A stretch of 64,000 nucleotides of DNA from Cenarchaeum sp. Its GTDB lineage: Archaea > Thermoproteota > Nitrososphaeria > Nitrososphaerales > Nitrosopumilaceae. The notes under the pieces were generated by a model that worked only from the letters and a program-made list of their open reading frames with translations, searched no databases and had not been told where the DNA came from. Position numbers and translations under genes: made by a program. Each line of letters opens with the position of its first letter. Position 1 is the first letter of the stretch. The stretch lies in contig CBDESU010000002.1 in the NCBI GenBank assembly GCA_965242695.1, positions 1,472,001 through 1,536,000 of the forward strand, written 5' to 3'. This document shows, one piece after another, positions 11,565 through 21,264 of the stretch.

Positions 11565-11720
11565 ATGGCGGCCCGATGCCGCCGAGTTCACCGTGGGCAT
11601 GAGCTACTTCGAGGGCGGGGGCTACCAGTGCACCGTCCCCCCATTGTCACTCGGCTGGGCCTCAAGGATCGCATCACGTTCAAGGTGTCGGGCAAGCGCG
11701 TCATAGTCCTGCCAGGCTAG
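11565..11720 (+). pseudogene. Frameshifted AbrB/MazE-like small DNA-binding gene
   Basis: Joining frames gives ...DAAEFTVGMSYFEGGGYQCTVP/PIVTRLGLKDRITFKVSGKRVIVLPG*, a swapped-hairpin pattern (xIP..I...LGL..GD.I.F...G..V.L). Confidence 0.5.
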
Positions 11721-11889
11721 GACCCTGCGTCGGCGGCCGCCGGGCCGCCAAATGGGCCGTGCCGCCCGCCGCTACAGCCGCCCTCCGCCGCCGCGCGGGT
11801 TCGGGCGCCGCGCCTAGGCTACGGCGAGCCTGAATGCCCGCTCAGGGGAGCCCAATACATAAATAACTAGCATTTGCAGTGTCGGTCCC

Positions 11890-13074
11890 ATGGAGTCGAG
11901 GCTGATGCGAGCAAGGGTTCGGGCGCCGGTCTTTCGGTGGATCATGGACAGTGCGGGGTGGGAGACTGACGAATTTGCAGAGGCGACAAGGATCAACTCG
12001 AGCCTGATTAGGCAGTGGCGAAGGCGCGAGTCTGCCATAGACCTGCGCCACATAGACGTCATGTCAAAGAAGGTGCGTCGACCCCTGTCGGCGTTTTTGC
12101 TCCCTGCCCCTCCGCCCGAGTCGCCCATAGCCGGCTTCCGACTCCCGGGCTCGTCGAGCAGGCCTCCGTCCAAGGGGCTGTGCGCCGCCATTGAGCTTGC
12201 CCGCGAGATTCAGCACAACGTGACCTGCCTGCTCGACAGCGACCCGCATGCGGAGCATCCTGTAGCGACAGGGGCTAGGGCCGACATACATGACGACCCT
12301 GAGAAGGTTGCGGCCGTCGAATCCACCAGCCTGGGCCTGTCTGACGGCCGCATGCGCGCCGGGGCGAGGCGCCTGCCTGCGATGTGTGCGGGGCCGATCG
12401 AAGACGTATACGGAAGGCTGAAGGATGCAGTAGAGTCTAGTGGCATGTTTGTCGCTCAGGCGCCCTTTCCGATCGAAGATGCGAGGGGCTTTGCCGTGGC
12501 GGGGGGAGCCTCCCCCGTCATCCTGATCAACACCCGCGATGCGATAAAATCCCGAATGTTCACAATGTTCCATGAATACGCCCACGTGCTGCTGGACGGC
12601 GGCAGCCTCTGTCACCCCGATCCTGAAAGCCTTGCCACATCCCCGCATGGCAGCGGAGAGGCGGTCGAAAAATGGTGCGACGAGTTTGCCGCCTCAATCC
12701 TCATGCCCCGGTCAGAGTTCCTCGAGGCACTCCGGGATGCGCGCAGCTCTGGCACGTTCGACGGCGTGGCCTCCTCCTTGTCGCGCAGGTTCCGCATGAC
12801 GGAGCGGGCCGTTCTTGTCCGCGCTGTCCGCCTGCTTGACGGGAGCGACAGGCAGAGGTGCTTGAGTCACTACAGGGCGATCGTGCCTAGGCCGTCTGCC
12901 GCCGGCGGGGGGCGGAGCCTGCCCCGGGAACTAGCATGCCTCAACCGGCTGGGCAGAAAATATGTCAAAATGGTAGTTGGCATGGAAGAGGATGGCCTTA
13001 TCACGGAGCCCGACATGTGCATGTACCTAGATCTGGATGCAAGGCACTTCGATAAATTGAGGGAAATAGTGTGA
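11890..13074 (+). CDS. XRE-type HTH + ImmA/IrrE-family Zn metallopeptidase
   Basis: N-terminal HTH (TDEFAEATRINSSLIRQW); RGFA...PVILINTRDAIKSRMFTMFHEYAHVLL (HExxH); EKWCDEFAASILMP. Confidence 0.9.
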   Translation: MESRLMRARVRAPVFRWIMDSAGWETDEFAEATRINSSLIRQWRRRESAIDLRHIDVMSKKVRRPLSAFLLPAPPPESPIAGFRLPGSSSRPPSKGLCAAIELAREIQHNVTCLLDSDPHAEHPVATGARADIHDDPEKVAAVESTSLGLSDGRMRAGARRLPAMCAGPIEDVYGRLKDAVESSGMFVAQAPFPIEDARGFAVAGGASPVILINTRDAIKSRMFTMFHEYAHVLLDGGSLCHPDPESLATSPHGSGEAVEKWCDEFAASILMPRSEFLEALRDARSSGTFDGVASSLSRRFRMTERAVLVRAVRLLDGSDRQRCLSHYRAIVPRPSAAGGGRSLPRELACLNRLGRKYVKMVVGMEEDGLITEPDMCMYLDLDARHFDKLREIV

Positions 13075-13083
13075 GATGGTTGG

Positions 13084-13572
13084 ATGGTGCTTATCCGGTA
13101 CATCGTCGACACCAGCACGTGGATCGCGTGGATCAAGCACTATCCGCGCCCGATATTTCCGACACTGGTCGATCGCTATGAAAAACTGATCAAGGACGGA
13201 CGCATAGTGTCCCCCGCCCCAGTTTTTGACGAAATATGCCGTGGAAACGACGAGGTTGTGCAGTGGGCCCGTCGACATCGGGGCCTCTTTGTGCCTAGGG
13301 ACGATCGCATGGTTGGAAAGGCGGCCATGATATTGGCAGACCATCCCTACCTGGGCAGGGGCAGGGGCAGGCGGGAGAGTGCGGATCCGTACCTGATCGC
13401 GCTGGCCCTGCTTTCATGCGACCTCCTAGGCGGGTCGTTTCGGCCTGTGATAGTGTCGGAAGAAAACAAGACGAGCGGCATAAAAATACCCCTGGTTGCG
13501 AAACACTACAACATAGACACATACAACACGTTCGAAATGTTTTCCAAAGAGGACTGGATATTCTGCAGGTGA
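13084..13572 (+). CDS. DUF4411-like PIN-fold protein
   Basis: YIVDTSTWI, PVFDEI, ADPYLIALA, VIVSEE...KIPLVAKHY; directly follows the ImmA/IrrE gene, as is usual for this family. Confidence 0.85.
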   Translation: MVLIRYIVDTSTWIAWIKHYPRPIFPTLVDRYEKLIKDGRIVSPAPVFDEICRGNDEVVQWARRHRGLFVPRDDRMVGKAAMILADHPYLGRGRGRRESADPYLIALALLSCDLLGGSFRPVIVSEENKTSGIKIPLVAKHYNIDTYNTFEMFSKEDWIFCR

Positions 13573-13909
13573 TCGGATGCACTGGCCGCACCGGGCGCGC
13601 CCTGCAAGGCCCCTTGGCGGTCCTGCCCTGCAACCCTCACGCCATGGCGCAGGCGAGCGGGCCGCCCCTGCAAGGCGGAGCGCGCCCGTTTTGAGGCGCG
13701 ATGGGCGCCGGCATGGGAGCCGAGTTGCCCGTCTGGGCGCCCGCATGCGGCGGACCGGACGCATGCACTGCGGGGCGGCCGGGGATGCGCCTGGGGCGCA
13801 TCGGAGCCTGCCAGCCTTCCGGCCCGGGCGGATGCCGGGGTAAACGGCGGCGCCCCGCATGCCGCGCGGCAAGTTGGTATTAATGGCTCGGCGCGGCGCC
13901 CGCGGCGGC

Positions 13910-14554
13910 ATGGGCGGCGGCGCGGTTCGCACGGTCGGGTGCGACGAGGCGGGGATGCGCGAGGCCCAAAGGCAGGTGGCCGCCGGCGGACTGGTCGCGT
14001 TTCCGACCGATACGGTCTACGGCATCGGCTGCGATCCGTTCAACGAGGATGCGGTGGGCCTCGTGTACGCCGCAAAGGGCCGGCCGGCATCAAAGCCGCT
14101 GCCGGTGCTCGGAGCATCGACCTCGGCCCTGTCGGGCCTGGCCTGCCTTGGGGGGCGCGCCGCAGGGCTCGCCGCCCGCTTCTGGCCGGGCCCGCTGACC
14201 ATAGTAGCGGAGGCTACGGGGCCGCCGGCGTCCGGCAATGGCCGACGCCTTGCCCCGCAGCTCGTCTCGGGCGGCGGCAGGGTCGCCGTCCGGGTGCCGG
14301 CCGGCCGGTGCGTCCAGAGCCTGCTTTCGGCATGCGGCCCCCTGGTGGGCACGAGCGCAAACCTGTCGGGCCGTACGCCGTGCCGCACGGCCGCCGAGTG
14401 CGCCGAGCGGCTGGGCGGCCGCGTGCCGCTTGTCGTCGACGGGGGGCCCTCGCCGGGAGGCGCCGCCTCGACCGTGGCCGAGGCCGACGACGACCGCGTG
14501 AGGATCATCCGGGAGGGGCCGGTGTCGGGGGGCGAGCTGGAACGGACCGCGTGA
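13910..14554 (+). CDS. tsaC: Threonylcarbamoyl-AMP synthase (Sua5/YrdC/TsaC)
   Basis: VAFPTDTVYGIGCD, KGRPASKPL, FWPGPLT, TSANLSG. Confidence 0.95.
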   Translation: MGGGAVRTVGCDEAGMREAQRQVAAGGLVAFPTDTVYGIGCDPFNEDAVGLVYAAKGRPASKPLPVLGASTSALSGLACLGGRAAGLAARFWPGPLTIVAEATGPPASGNGRRLAPQLVSGGGRVAVRVPAGRCVQSLLSACGPLVGTSANLSGRTPCRTAAECAERLGGRVPLVVDGGPSPGGAASTVAEADDDRVRIIREGPVSGGELERTA

Positions 14555-15138
14555 ACGTGGCCGCCACGTGCGCCCGCTCCCTGGAGGGCAGGGCCGCCTC
14601 GGAGGTGCTGCGCGTGCTGGCGGGGCTCGGCGACGGGGATGCCACGGCGCGCCGCATCGACGGCATGCCGGGGATCGTCCTTGCGGGCACCTCGCTCGAC
14701 CCGCTCCTGGTGCCGCGCGCGGTCCGCCGCGCGCTAGAGGACGAGCCGTGGACGGTGCGGCACCTGTACCGCGTCATCCCACTGCAGCGGTGGATTCCGG
14801 CCGATGCCGACGGCATAGTGGCGGCCGCATCCGGGATGGCCGCGGCCGGGATAGGCGCCGGCGAGTCGTACCGCATCACGGTAGAAAAGCGCAGCACGCC
14901 GCTGTCGGCGCGCGAGATCGTCTCGCGCACGGCCGACGCGATCGCATCGGCCGCGGCGGCGGCCGGACCGGAGGCCCATGCCCCCCGCGTCTCGCTAGAG
15001 TCCCCCGACCGGATCGTCCTCGTCGAGATATTCGGCCCGCATGCCGGCGTGTCGGTCATCTCGCCGGCCGACCTGCTCAGCGCCGAGCGCGAAAAGCGCG
15101 CCGCCTCAGATGCCGGCGACGGCGGCCCCCTCGGCTAG
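14551..15138 (+). CDS. THUMP-domain RNA-binding protein
   Basis: EPWTVRHLYRVIPL...ESYRITVEKR...VSLESPDRIVLVEI; GTGA overlap with tsaC. Confidence 0.85.
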   Translation: MNVAATCARSLEGRAASEVLRVLAGLGDGDATARRIDGMPGIVLAGTSLDPLLVPRAVRRALEDEPWTVRHLYRVIPLQRWIPADADGIVAAASGMAAAGIGAGESYRITVEKRSTPLSAREIVSRTADAIASAAAAAGPEAHAPRVSLESPDRIVLVEIFGPHAGVSVISPADLLSAEREKRAASDAGDGGPLG

Positions 15139-15987
15139 CAGGTCCTCGAGTGGCCTTCCTCCGGCTCCGGCCACGGCCGACCTGCGCGCCGCGCCGATCC
15201 CGAAGCGGCGCGCAAGGAACCGCGCGTTCGATGCGGGGAGCTGCGGGGAGGGCGCTGCCAGCGGCGCGAGGCGGGCCCGCAGGGGGCCGAGGCGTCCGGC
15301 CGGCGCGACGGCGAGGACGACATACGTGCCTTCGCTGGCCCCGCTCCTGCCGGCGGCCCTTATGGCCTCGGATATCTGCGACGTGCCGGCCAGCCTTGCC
15401 AGCATGTCCGTCTCGATCCTCCTTGCCAGCATTGTGCGGCGGCGCTCGGCCTCGGCCGAGACGGCCGCGACGCGCCGCAGGTGCGACGCACCGAGGACAA
15501 ACCTGCCGGACACGACCTGCATTGAAACGGACGGGAACTCGGCCCTCAGGTCATCGAGGGGCGGCAGGATGCCGCCGACCCTGCGGCCCGAACGGACGAC
15601 GTACGCCTCGAGAGTTCTGCCACGGCGCCCGCCGCGCGCGGCGGCGCCCTTGCCGGCCGACCCATCTCCCGCCGCCGGCCGCCTCCCCCGCAGCGCAATG
15701 CTCACGAGCGCCCTGGCCTGCGGCTCTCCTCCGCCCTCCTCCCCGCCGTGGACGACGGGGATTACAGCGACGTCGTCGCCGGCGCGGACCTCTGCTTTTG
15801 GCCCGCCGGCCGCCGACGAGTCCGCCCCGTTGACGGCGACCAGGACGTTTGACGGGCCGTATGCGCCGGACGTGCGCGACTCTAGAATGCCCAGGATGCC
15901 GCCGACGGTGGCGCGATCCGAGTCGATCTCGATCGTGCCGGCGCCGGCGGCCTTTCCGGCCCCGCCGAGCAGCCTGACCGTTATCAT
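15106..15987 (-). CDS. cgi121: Ubiquitin-like (MoaD/ThiS/SAMP) domain fused to KEOPS subunit Cgi121
   Basis: N-terminal MITVRLLGG...VLVAVNGAD...GDDVAVIPVVHGG; C-terminal LARRIETDMLARLAGTSQISEAI Cgi121 motif. Confidence 0.8.
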   Translation of the reverse strand: MITVRLLGGAGKAAGAGTIEIDSDRATVGGILGILESRTSGAYGPSNVLVAVNGADSSAAGGPKAEVRAGDDVAVIPVVHGGEEGGGEPQARALVSIALRGRRPAAGDGSAGKGAAARGGRRGRTLEAYVVRSGRRVGGILPPLDDLRAEFPSVSMQVVSGRFVLGASHLRRVAAVSAEAERRRTMLARRIETDMLARLAGTSQISEAIRAAGRSGASEGTYVVLAVAPAGRLGPLRARLAPLAAPSPQLPASNARFLARRFGIGAARRSAVAGAGGRPLEDLLAEGAAVAGI

Positions 15988-16009
15988 CGTCCAGTTCCGG
16001 CCCTGCGCG

Positions 16010-16648
16010 TCACGCGCCGCCCTGCGGCCTGCCTGCGTCCTCGCCCTCGGCTGCGCCCGCGCCGGCCGCATCCGCATCGGCGCCGCCCTCGGCCTCGGCC
16101 TCGGCCTCGGCCTCGGCCTCTGCCTCGGGTCCGCCGCCTCCCTCCGCCGGCTTTGGCTCCCCCGCCGCCTCTGCCGCGATCGCCGCCTCGGCCTCGGCCT
16201 CTATCATCTCGTCGTCGATGCCGGCCTCGCCGCCGGTCACCTCCACGGCCCCGTCGGCCATCTCGGCCTCTTCGGTCTCGACGATGGCCTCGTCCTCGGA
16301 GACGGCGCCCTGCTTCTCAAGCTCGGCTATCATCTTGACCTTGCGGGCCGCCTCGGCCCTGCGGGCCGCATCGGGATCGTCCTTGACCGCCGCCTCTGCC
16401 TCTGCCTCGGCGGCCGCCGCCGCGGCCTCCTCTGCCGCCCTGCGGGCGTTCTCGGCGGCCCTCTCGGCCTCGGCCCTGCGGGTCTTTACGATCTTTGTAA
16501 TGCGGCCGGCGATCTTGTTGCGAAGCATCTTTGAGCGGATGGTAGAGACCTCCCTGAGGGCCGCCTTGTTGTCGTCAAAGTCCTCGCCGAACTTTTCCCC
16601 GTACTCGCCGAGCACCCTCTGCGAGAGGCTCCTTATCCTGTCGGTCAC
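16010..16648 (-). CDS. rps17e: 30S ribosomal protein S17e with long Ala/Glu-rich C-terminal extension
   Basis: FGEDFDDNK...IRSKMLRNKIAGRIT. Confidence 0.92.
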   Translation of the reverse strand: MTDRIRSLSQRVLGEYGEKFGEDFDDNKAALREVSTIRSKMLRNKIAGRITKIVKTRRAEAERAAENARRAAEEAAAAAAEAEAEAAVKDDPDAARRAEAARKVKMIAELEKQGAVSEDEAIVETEEAEMADGAVEVTGGEAGIDDEMIEAEAEAAIAAEAAGEPKPAEGGGGPEAEAEAEAEAEAEGGADADAAGAGAAEGEDAGRPQGGA

Positions 16649-16709
16649 GCGCGCCGGGGCCGGCCGCCGGTATATTATACTAACCGGACGCGGCCGCGCG
16701 CGAGGCGCC

Positions 16710-17522
16710 CTAGGGCGCGCCGCCCTGCGCCGCCGCGGCGGGGCAGAACCTCTCGGCGTTCTCGGACGTGGAGGCGCACACGCTGCCGTACGTCGTGCCT
16801 AGGGCCGAGGCGGCGGCGAGCGCCACGCTCGGCACGAGGCACGGCTGAGCGGCCCGGCGCCCAAAGCAGCCGCCGAACGCGACGGGGCCGTCCGTCTCGA
16901 GCAGCATCCTGGCGGGGTCCGTCCGCGCAAGGAGCGATCGCTTGTCGTGCGCGTACACCGAGAGCGGGCCGTACCCGACGTACAGGCCCATGTCGAGCGC
17001 CCTGCGCAGCTGCCCCTTGCCGCCGTCGAACCAGTGCAGGCATGCGCCGGCAAGCGAGTGCGAGCCGAGCGCGTCAAGGACGGCATCGAGGCTCCTCCTA
17101 GAGTGTATGGAGACTGGCTTGCCGTGCCTCTCGGCGAGGGCGAGCATGCGCCCAAAGACCTCCTTCTGCTCGGACTCGCCGGATCCCGAGCCGTGGTAGG
17201 TCGGGTCCAGGCCGATCTCGCCGATCCCCGCGACGGCCGACGGGTCGCCGTCGACCATCCGCTCGACGCCCGTGCCGTCGTCTTGCCCCGCCCTCTCGGG
17301 GTGGACGCCGGCAAAGGCCAGGACCAGGCCGCCCGAGCCGGCCGCCAGCGCGGCCGACGCGCACGAGTCTGCGCCGTCCATCGAGACGCACATGGCCCGC
17401 ATGCGCATGCGGCGCATGCCGAGCAGGATCCGGCCGACATGCGGGGCGTACGCGGGGTCGGTCAGGTGCACGTGCGTGTCGTACAGCCGCGCGCCCCCTG
17501 AGGTCAGATCGGCTTGATCCAT
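16710..17522 (-). CDS. tatD: TatD-family hydrolase
   Basis: DTHVHL, GVHP, GIGEIGLD, SIHSR, LHWF, LLETDGP. Confidence 0.92.
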   Translation of the reverse strand: MDQADLTSGGARLYDTHVHLTDPAYAPHVGRILLGMRRMRMRAMCVSMDGADSCASAALAAGSGGLVLAFAGVHPERAGQDDGTGVERMVDGDPSAVAGIGEIGLDPTYHGSGSGESEQKEVFGRMLALAERHGKPVSIHSRRSLDAVLDALGSHSLAGACLHWFDGGKGQLRRALDMGLYVGYGPLSVYAHDKRSLLARTDPARMLLETDGPVAFGGCFGRRAAQPCLVPSVALAAASALGTTYGSVCASTSENAERFCPAAAAQGGAP

Positions 17523-17574
17523 GCTCGAAAAATGTTGACAAGGCCCCCCTATTATCGATGCGGGCAGATGCGGC

Positions 17575-17850
17575 ATGGATTCGCCAGATCTGGCCCTCTC
17601 GGCCATGTACAGGATACTCAAGAGGTCGGGCGCGGCGCGCGTGAGCGACGAGTCGGCCGCCGCCCTGCGCACCGTCGTAGAGGAGTTTGCCGGCCGGGTC
17701 GCGGACATGGCCGTCAAGGCCAGCGTGCACGCCAACCGCAGGACCGTCAGGGCCGACGACGTGAGGTTTGCCTTCCAGACGCTGTCCGACGGGGCCTCGG
17801 GAGTGCCGCGCGGCTCGACGGCCCCAGCCGCGGCGGCGTCCAGGGCCTAG
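17575..17850 (+). CDS. Archaeal histone with C-terminal extension
   Basis: Histone fold: LALSAMYRILKRSGAARVSDES...HANRRTVRADDV. Confidence 0.92.
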   Translation: MDSPDLALSAMYRILKRSGAARVSDESAAALRTVVEEFAGRVADMAVKASVHANRRTVRADDVRFAFQTLSDGASGVPRGSTAPAAAASRA

Positions 17851-17999
17851 GGCGACGCCGGGGCCGCTGCGGCGCCGCGCGGGCCTGCCGGGGGGCGCGG
17901 CGAGGCAGTGCCCTGCGCGGCGCCGTGCAGGGGCATGCAATGCCGCCCCGCCCTTCGCGGAATCCATTTATTGGGCGCGGGAGTGTGCCGCGGCCATGC

Positions 18000-18071
18000 G
18001 GTGAGGTGGCAGAGCGGTTATGCGTGGGTCTGCAAAACCCATTCAAGAGGGTTCGACTCCCTTCCTCACCT
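18000..18071 (+). tRNA. tRNA-Cys(GCA)
   Basis: Acceptor stem GGTGAGG/CCTCACC, anticodon arm TGGGT-CTGCAAA-ACCCA, T-loop TTCGACT, U discriminator, upstream TTTATT box, downstream T-run. Confidence 0.97.
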
Positions 18072-18356
18072 TTTTCAATCACACGTTCGGAGCTGCCCGC
18101 CCCGCCGGGGCCCTGCGGCGCGTATCCCGCCCGCCCGCGGCGGCGGGCGCGGGCCGTTCCTGCGCGCCGCGGCGCGCATGGGCAGGCCGGCAAGGCGTAG
18201 GCGGACATGGCCTTGCCGCCCCGCCGGGGCCCCTGCGCCGCCTGCTCTATCGGCGGCGGGCCTCTGCCTCGCCGCGCGAGCACTCTCCGCTTGATGCGAA
18301 GCAGGCACCCGGGGCCGGATGCCGCCCCTGCAAGCTCCGACCGCCGCGGTGCGCAG

Positions 18357-18413
18357 CGGGACGCGCGGCCTGCAGGATGCCGGGACGCGCGGCCTGCAGG
18401 ATGCCGGGACGCC
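18357..18413. repeat. Short tandem repeat, 23-bp unit (cgggacgcgcggcctgcaggatgc-type), about 2.4 copies
   Basis: Directly visible adjacent copies in intergenic DNA. Confidence 0.75.
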
Positions 18414-19214
18414 CCTCGCCCGCCTGCATGCGGCCCGCATCCGCATGATGGTTCTGTGCCAGAGTCATGTCTTGGCGGCTCGGCCGGGATACACCTCTGG
18501 GATGCCATGTCCCTTGCAGGGCAGGCTTATGGGACATGGGGCGCCGCGACTCCTTGGGCTTCTGGCCGGGGATGCGCCCGGGTGCGCAGACGTCCAAAGG
18601 CGTAAAAATGTGCAGTTGTACGCACTTGAAAATTCTCGCTCCGTGTGCACTGCATGTTTGTGGGCGAGTTGGGAGACCCGGTGATGCGCAAGGCCCCCAT
18701 GCCCCCGGCGACATTTGCATACAGTGCGGGCTGATTGTGGATGCGGGTGGAGGGGGGGGTGCACAGGGCGGGGGCCGCTGTGGGCGAGGCAGGGCGCGAG
18801 CTCTTCAAGGGCGCATCTCCCCCTGCGGCAGGATCGGGGTGGTGGCAGAGGGGGCAACAAGTGGGTCGGCCTGATTCAAAACGCGGAAAGGCGGCGCACA
18901 GAAGACCGCGCGAAAAAGCCGATGGCGGCCAAGACGGCGCAGCGAGGCGCCCGAAAAAGCGCAATGCGGAAAAGGCCCTGAAAACCCAGATCGCGCTAAG
19001 TATCCAGAGCCTTTTCGAGTCTGCCGTCCGGGACCTGGATGCGCCTGCCACCATGCCCGCTCACCCGCCCTCGCCTTCCTTGGACTTCCCGCATGACGGC
19101 CGTGCACGTCCCCGCGATGCGCGCTGCGCATGCCGGCTCGTGCGCAGCGACGCCGGCCCACCCACACACTAGCCCCGCAGGGTCGCCACCCACTCTTCCC
19201 GCCCGGAATACGCC

Positions 19215-19664
19215 CTACGAATTGACAATCTCCGACACGTCGAGGCCGCACTTGCCGGTCAGCACGCGGTATGTCCTGCCTCCGATCTTTATTCCAGATT
19301 GGGATATTCGCCTCTGCGCGGAGCGGTTCCCCCAGCTCTTCGCCAGGACTGCGAAGAAGAGCTGGACGTCCCTCGCGCCGGCCGCCTGCTCTGCAATCTT
19401 GGCCGCCTCGAGCCCCCCGTTGGCGAGCTTTTCGAGGATCGCCCCCGCGTTGAGGCTGCGCTGCTTGAGCTCGACTGCGACGGCCTTCATGTCGTCGCGA
19501 AAGACGAGGCAGTCGCGCATCTTGCGGCGGCCGGAGCCTGCCAGCCTCTCCCCCTTCAGGACGACCGTCGCGGGGCCGCCCCTCGTCGCCAGGCGGCAGT
19601 GCTCGTCGCAGCGCTCCACGACGGCCCCGCCGTGCTTTGCGGCGACGGCGCCGGAAAGGGTCAT
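19215..19664 (-). CDS. Putative PD-(D/E)xK-fold nuclease
   Basis: RDCLVF...AVAVELKQ...ILEKLANG pattern; directly downstream of the ABC-type ATPase. Confidence 0.6.
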   Translation of the reverse strand: MTLSGAVAAKHGGAVVERCDEHCRLATRGGPATVVLKGERLAGSGRRKMRDCLVFRDDMKAVAVELKQRSLNAGAILEKLANGGLEAAKIAEQAAGARDVQLFFAVLAKSWGNRSAQRRISQSGIKIGGRTYRVLTGKCGLDVSEIVNS

Positions 19665-19731
19665 GGCCGGATGCTCCAGCACCGGGCGGCCGCGCCCTGT
19701 GTCGGGGCCCGCCTCGCTGCGGCCGAAGCGG

Positions 19732-21264
19732 TCATGCCCGGCTCTTCCTGTTCTGGATTATGACGCTTTCCTTGTTGAGCTCTACGTCGACGCTGGTGAA
19801 CTCTTCCTGCGAGATTCCCAACTCGTCGTCCCTCTCGATCTCCACGGCGCGGCATGCCCCCTCCCTTGTCCTCTTGAACAGGTATGCCGACACCTCGCCG
19901 GGCGCAAGGTAGTCGTCCTTCCTGTACCCGAGGCTCGCGACCCGGTCCTCCGCCGGCAGCCCGCCGGCGAGTGCGTACTTGGCGAGCTTTTCGAGCATGT
20001 AGGGGCTGTGGGTCGTGAGCACGACGCAGAGGCCTGCCCTCACGAGCCGCACCACGTACTTTGCAAGGATCACCTCGTTGGCCGGGTGCAGGTGCGTCTC
20101 GGGCTCCTCGATGACCAGCACGCTGCGCCTCTCCACGACGTACTTTAGGTACAGCGACAGGGGCGCAAGCTCCGAGATCGACGACGAGGCGCGCGGCAGG
20201 GGGATGCTGAGGCCGTTGGATCGGTACGACACGACGGGAGGCTTTCCGTTGCCGGAGCGCGATACCTGGACGCTCCCGGACAGCATCTCGCGCTCCATGC
20301 TGCGGGCCAGCCCGAAAAAGCCCCTTTTCTTGCCGCCGAGCCGTATGATCTCGGCGACAAGGTCCGCCACGGCTCCCTGCGGCCCGGCGCCCGGCTCGGG
20401 GCTGGACCACGCGCGCGGCAGGTTTGTAATCATGCCCGCGGCCAGGTCCCTGTAAGTCTGCATGATGGCCGAGCGGCCGGCCGGCAGGTAGAACGATGCG
20501 TCGTATGCGATGCTGCACTGCATCTCCCGCGCGATCGCGTCGGCCAGCGCAGACGACAGCATAAGGGCCGTCCCGTCGCGATCCTCGCGCGCCCCGCGTC
20601 CGGCATCCGGCTCTGCGTACCGGAGCGATGCCCGCGCCCCTGCGCTCCCCCGCGCGCCGGGCTTGCCGCTGCTGCGAGCACCCCCGTTGAAAATGTCCAC
20701 CCTGCAGGTCCCTTGGCCCCGCGCCAGTTCGATCTCGCTCTGGCTGCCTCCAAAGGCGACGGCCGCTGCAATGTCCCCCTGCGGGCCTATGTCGACCCTG
20801 AGGCGGGGACGGCCAGACGTGCGCCCTTCAGAGATTGTCACGGTCGATCGCGCCTGTCCGGCCCTGACAAGGCCGGCCGCCGGCGACTCGAAGTTTCGCT
20901 CCATGTTGCGCCTGAGCCCGTCGCAAAAGGCCCCCTCGATCAGGGACTTGGCGGCCTGCCGCGAGTCTGCCGCGCCCAAGAGTGCCTGCCGGCTCCCGCC
21001 GTCGTACCTCTTGCCGACTATCCTGCGGCATGCGGACATGGTCCCGTCGCTGGCCGCCGCATGCATCGGGAGCCCGGTGAGCGTGCCCACGATGGAATGC
21101 AGGAGCCTGGCCGCGTAGGACTTGCCCGAGTTGTTGGGCCCAATGAAGACTGTCAGCGGCCTGAGGCTTATCGAGGCGCTTGCGATCGGCCCAAAGTTTT
21201 TGATGTCCAAGTCCAGCGCCTCATCCTCCCGGGCGACGCGGGAGCTGCTTACAAGCTGTGCCAT
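19732..21264 (-). CDS. ABC/AAA_15-AAA_21-family ATPase
   Basis: IKNFGPI, Walker A GPNNSGKS, signature-like ASSSISEL, Walker B/D-loop LVIEEPETHLHP, H-loop LTTHSPY. Confidence 0.92.
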   Translation of the reverse strand: MAQLVSSSRVAREDEALDLDIKNFGPIASASISLRPLTVFIGPNNSGKSYAARLLHSIVGTLTGLPMHAAASDGTMSACRRIVGKRYDGGSRQALLGAADSRQAAKSLIEGAFCDGLRRNMERNFESPAAGLVRAGQARSTVTISEGRTSGRPRLRVDIGPQGDIAAAVAFGGSQSEIELARGQGTCRVDIFNGGARSSGKPGARGSAGARASLRYAEPDAGRGAREDRDGTALMLSSALADAIAREMQCSIAYDASFYLPAGRSAIMQTYRDLAAGMITNLPRAWSSPEPGAGPQGAVADLVAEIIRLGGKKRGFFGLARSMEREMLSGSVQVSRSGNGKPPVVSYRSNGLSIPLPRASSSISELAPLSLYLKYVVERRSVLVIEEPETHLHPANEVILAKYVVRLVRAGLCVVLTTHSPYMLEKLAKYALAGGLPAEDRVASLGYRKDDYLAPGEVSAYLFKRTREGACRAVEIERDDELGISQEEFTSVDVELNKESVIIQNRKSRA

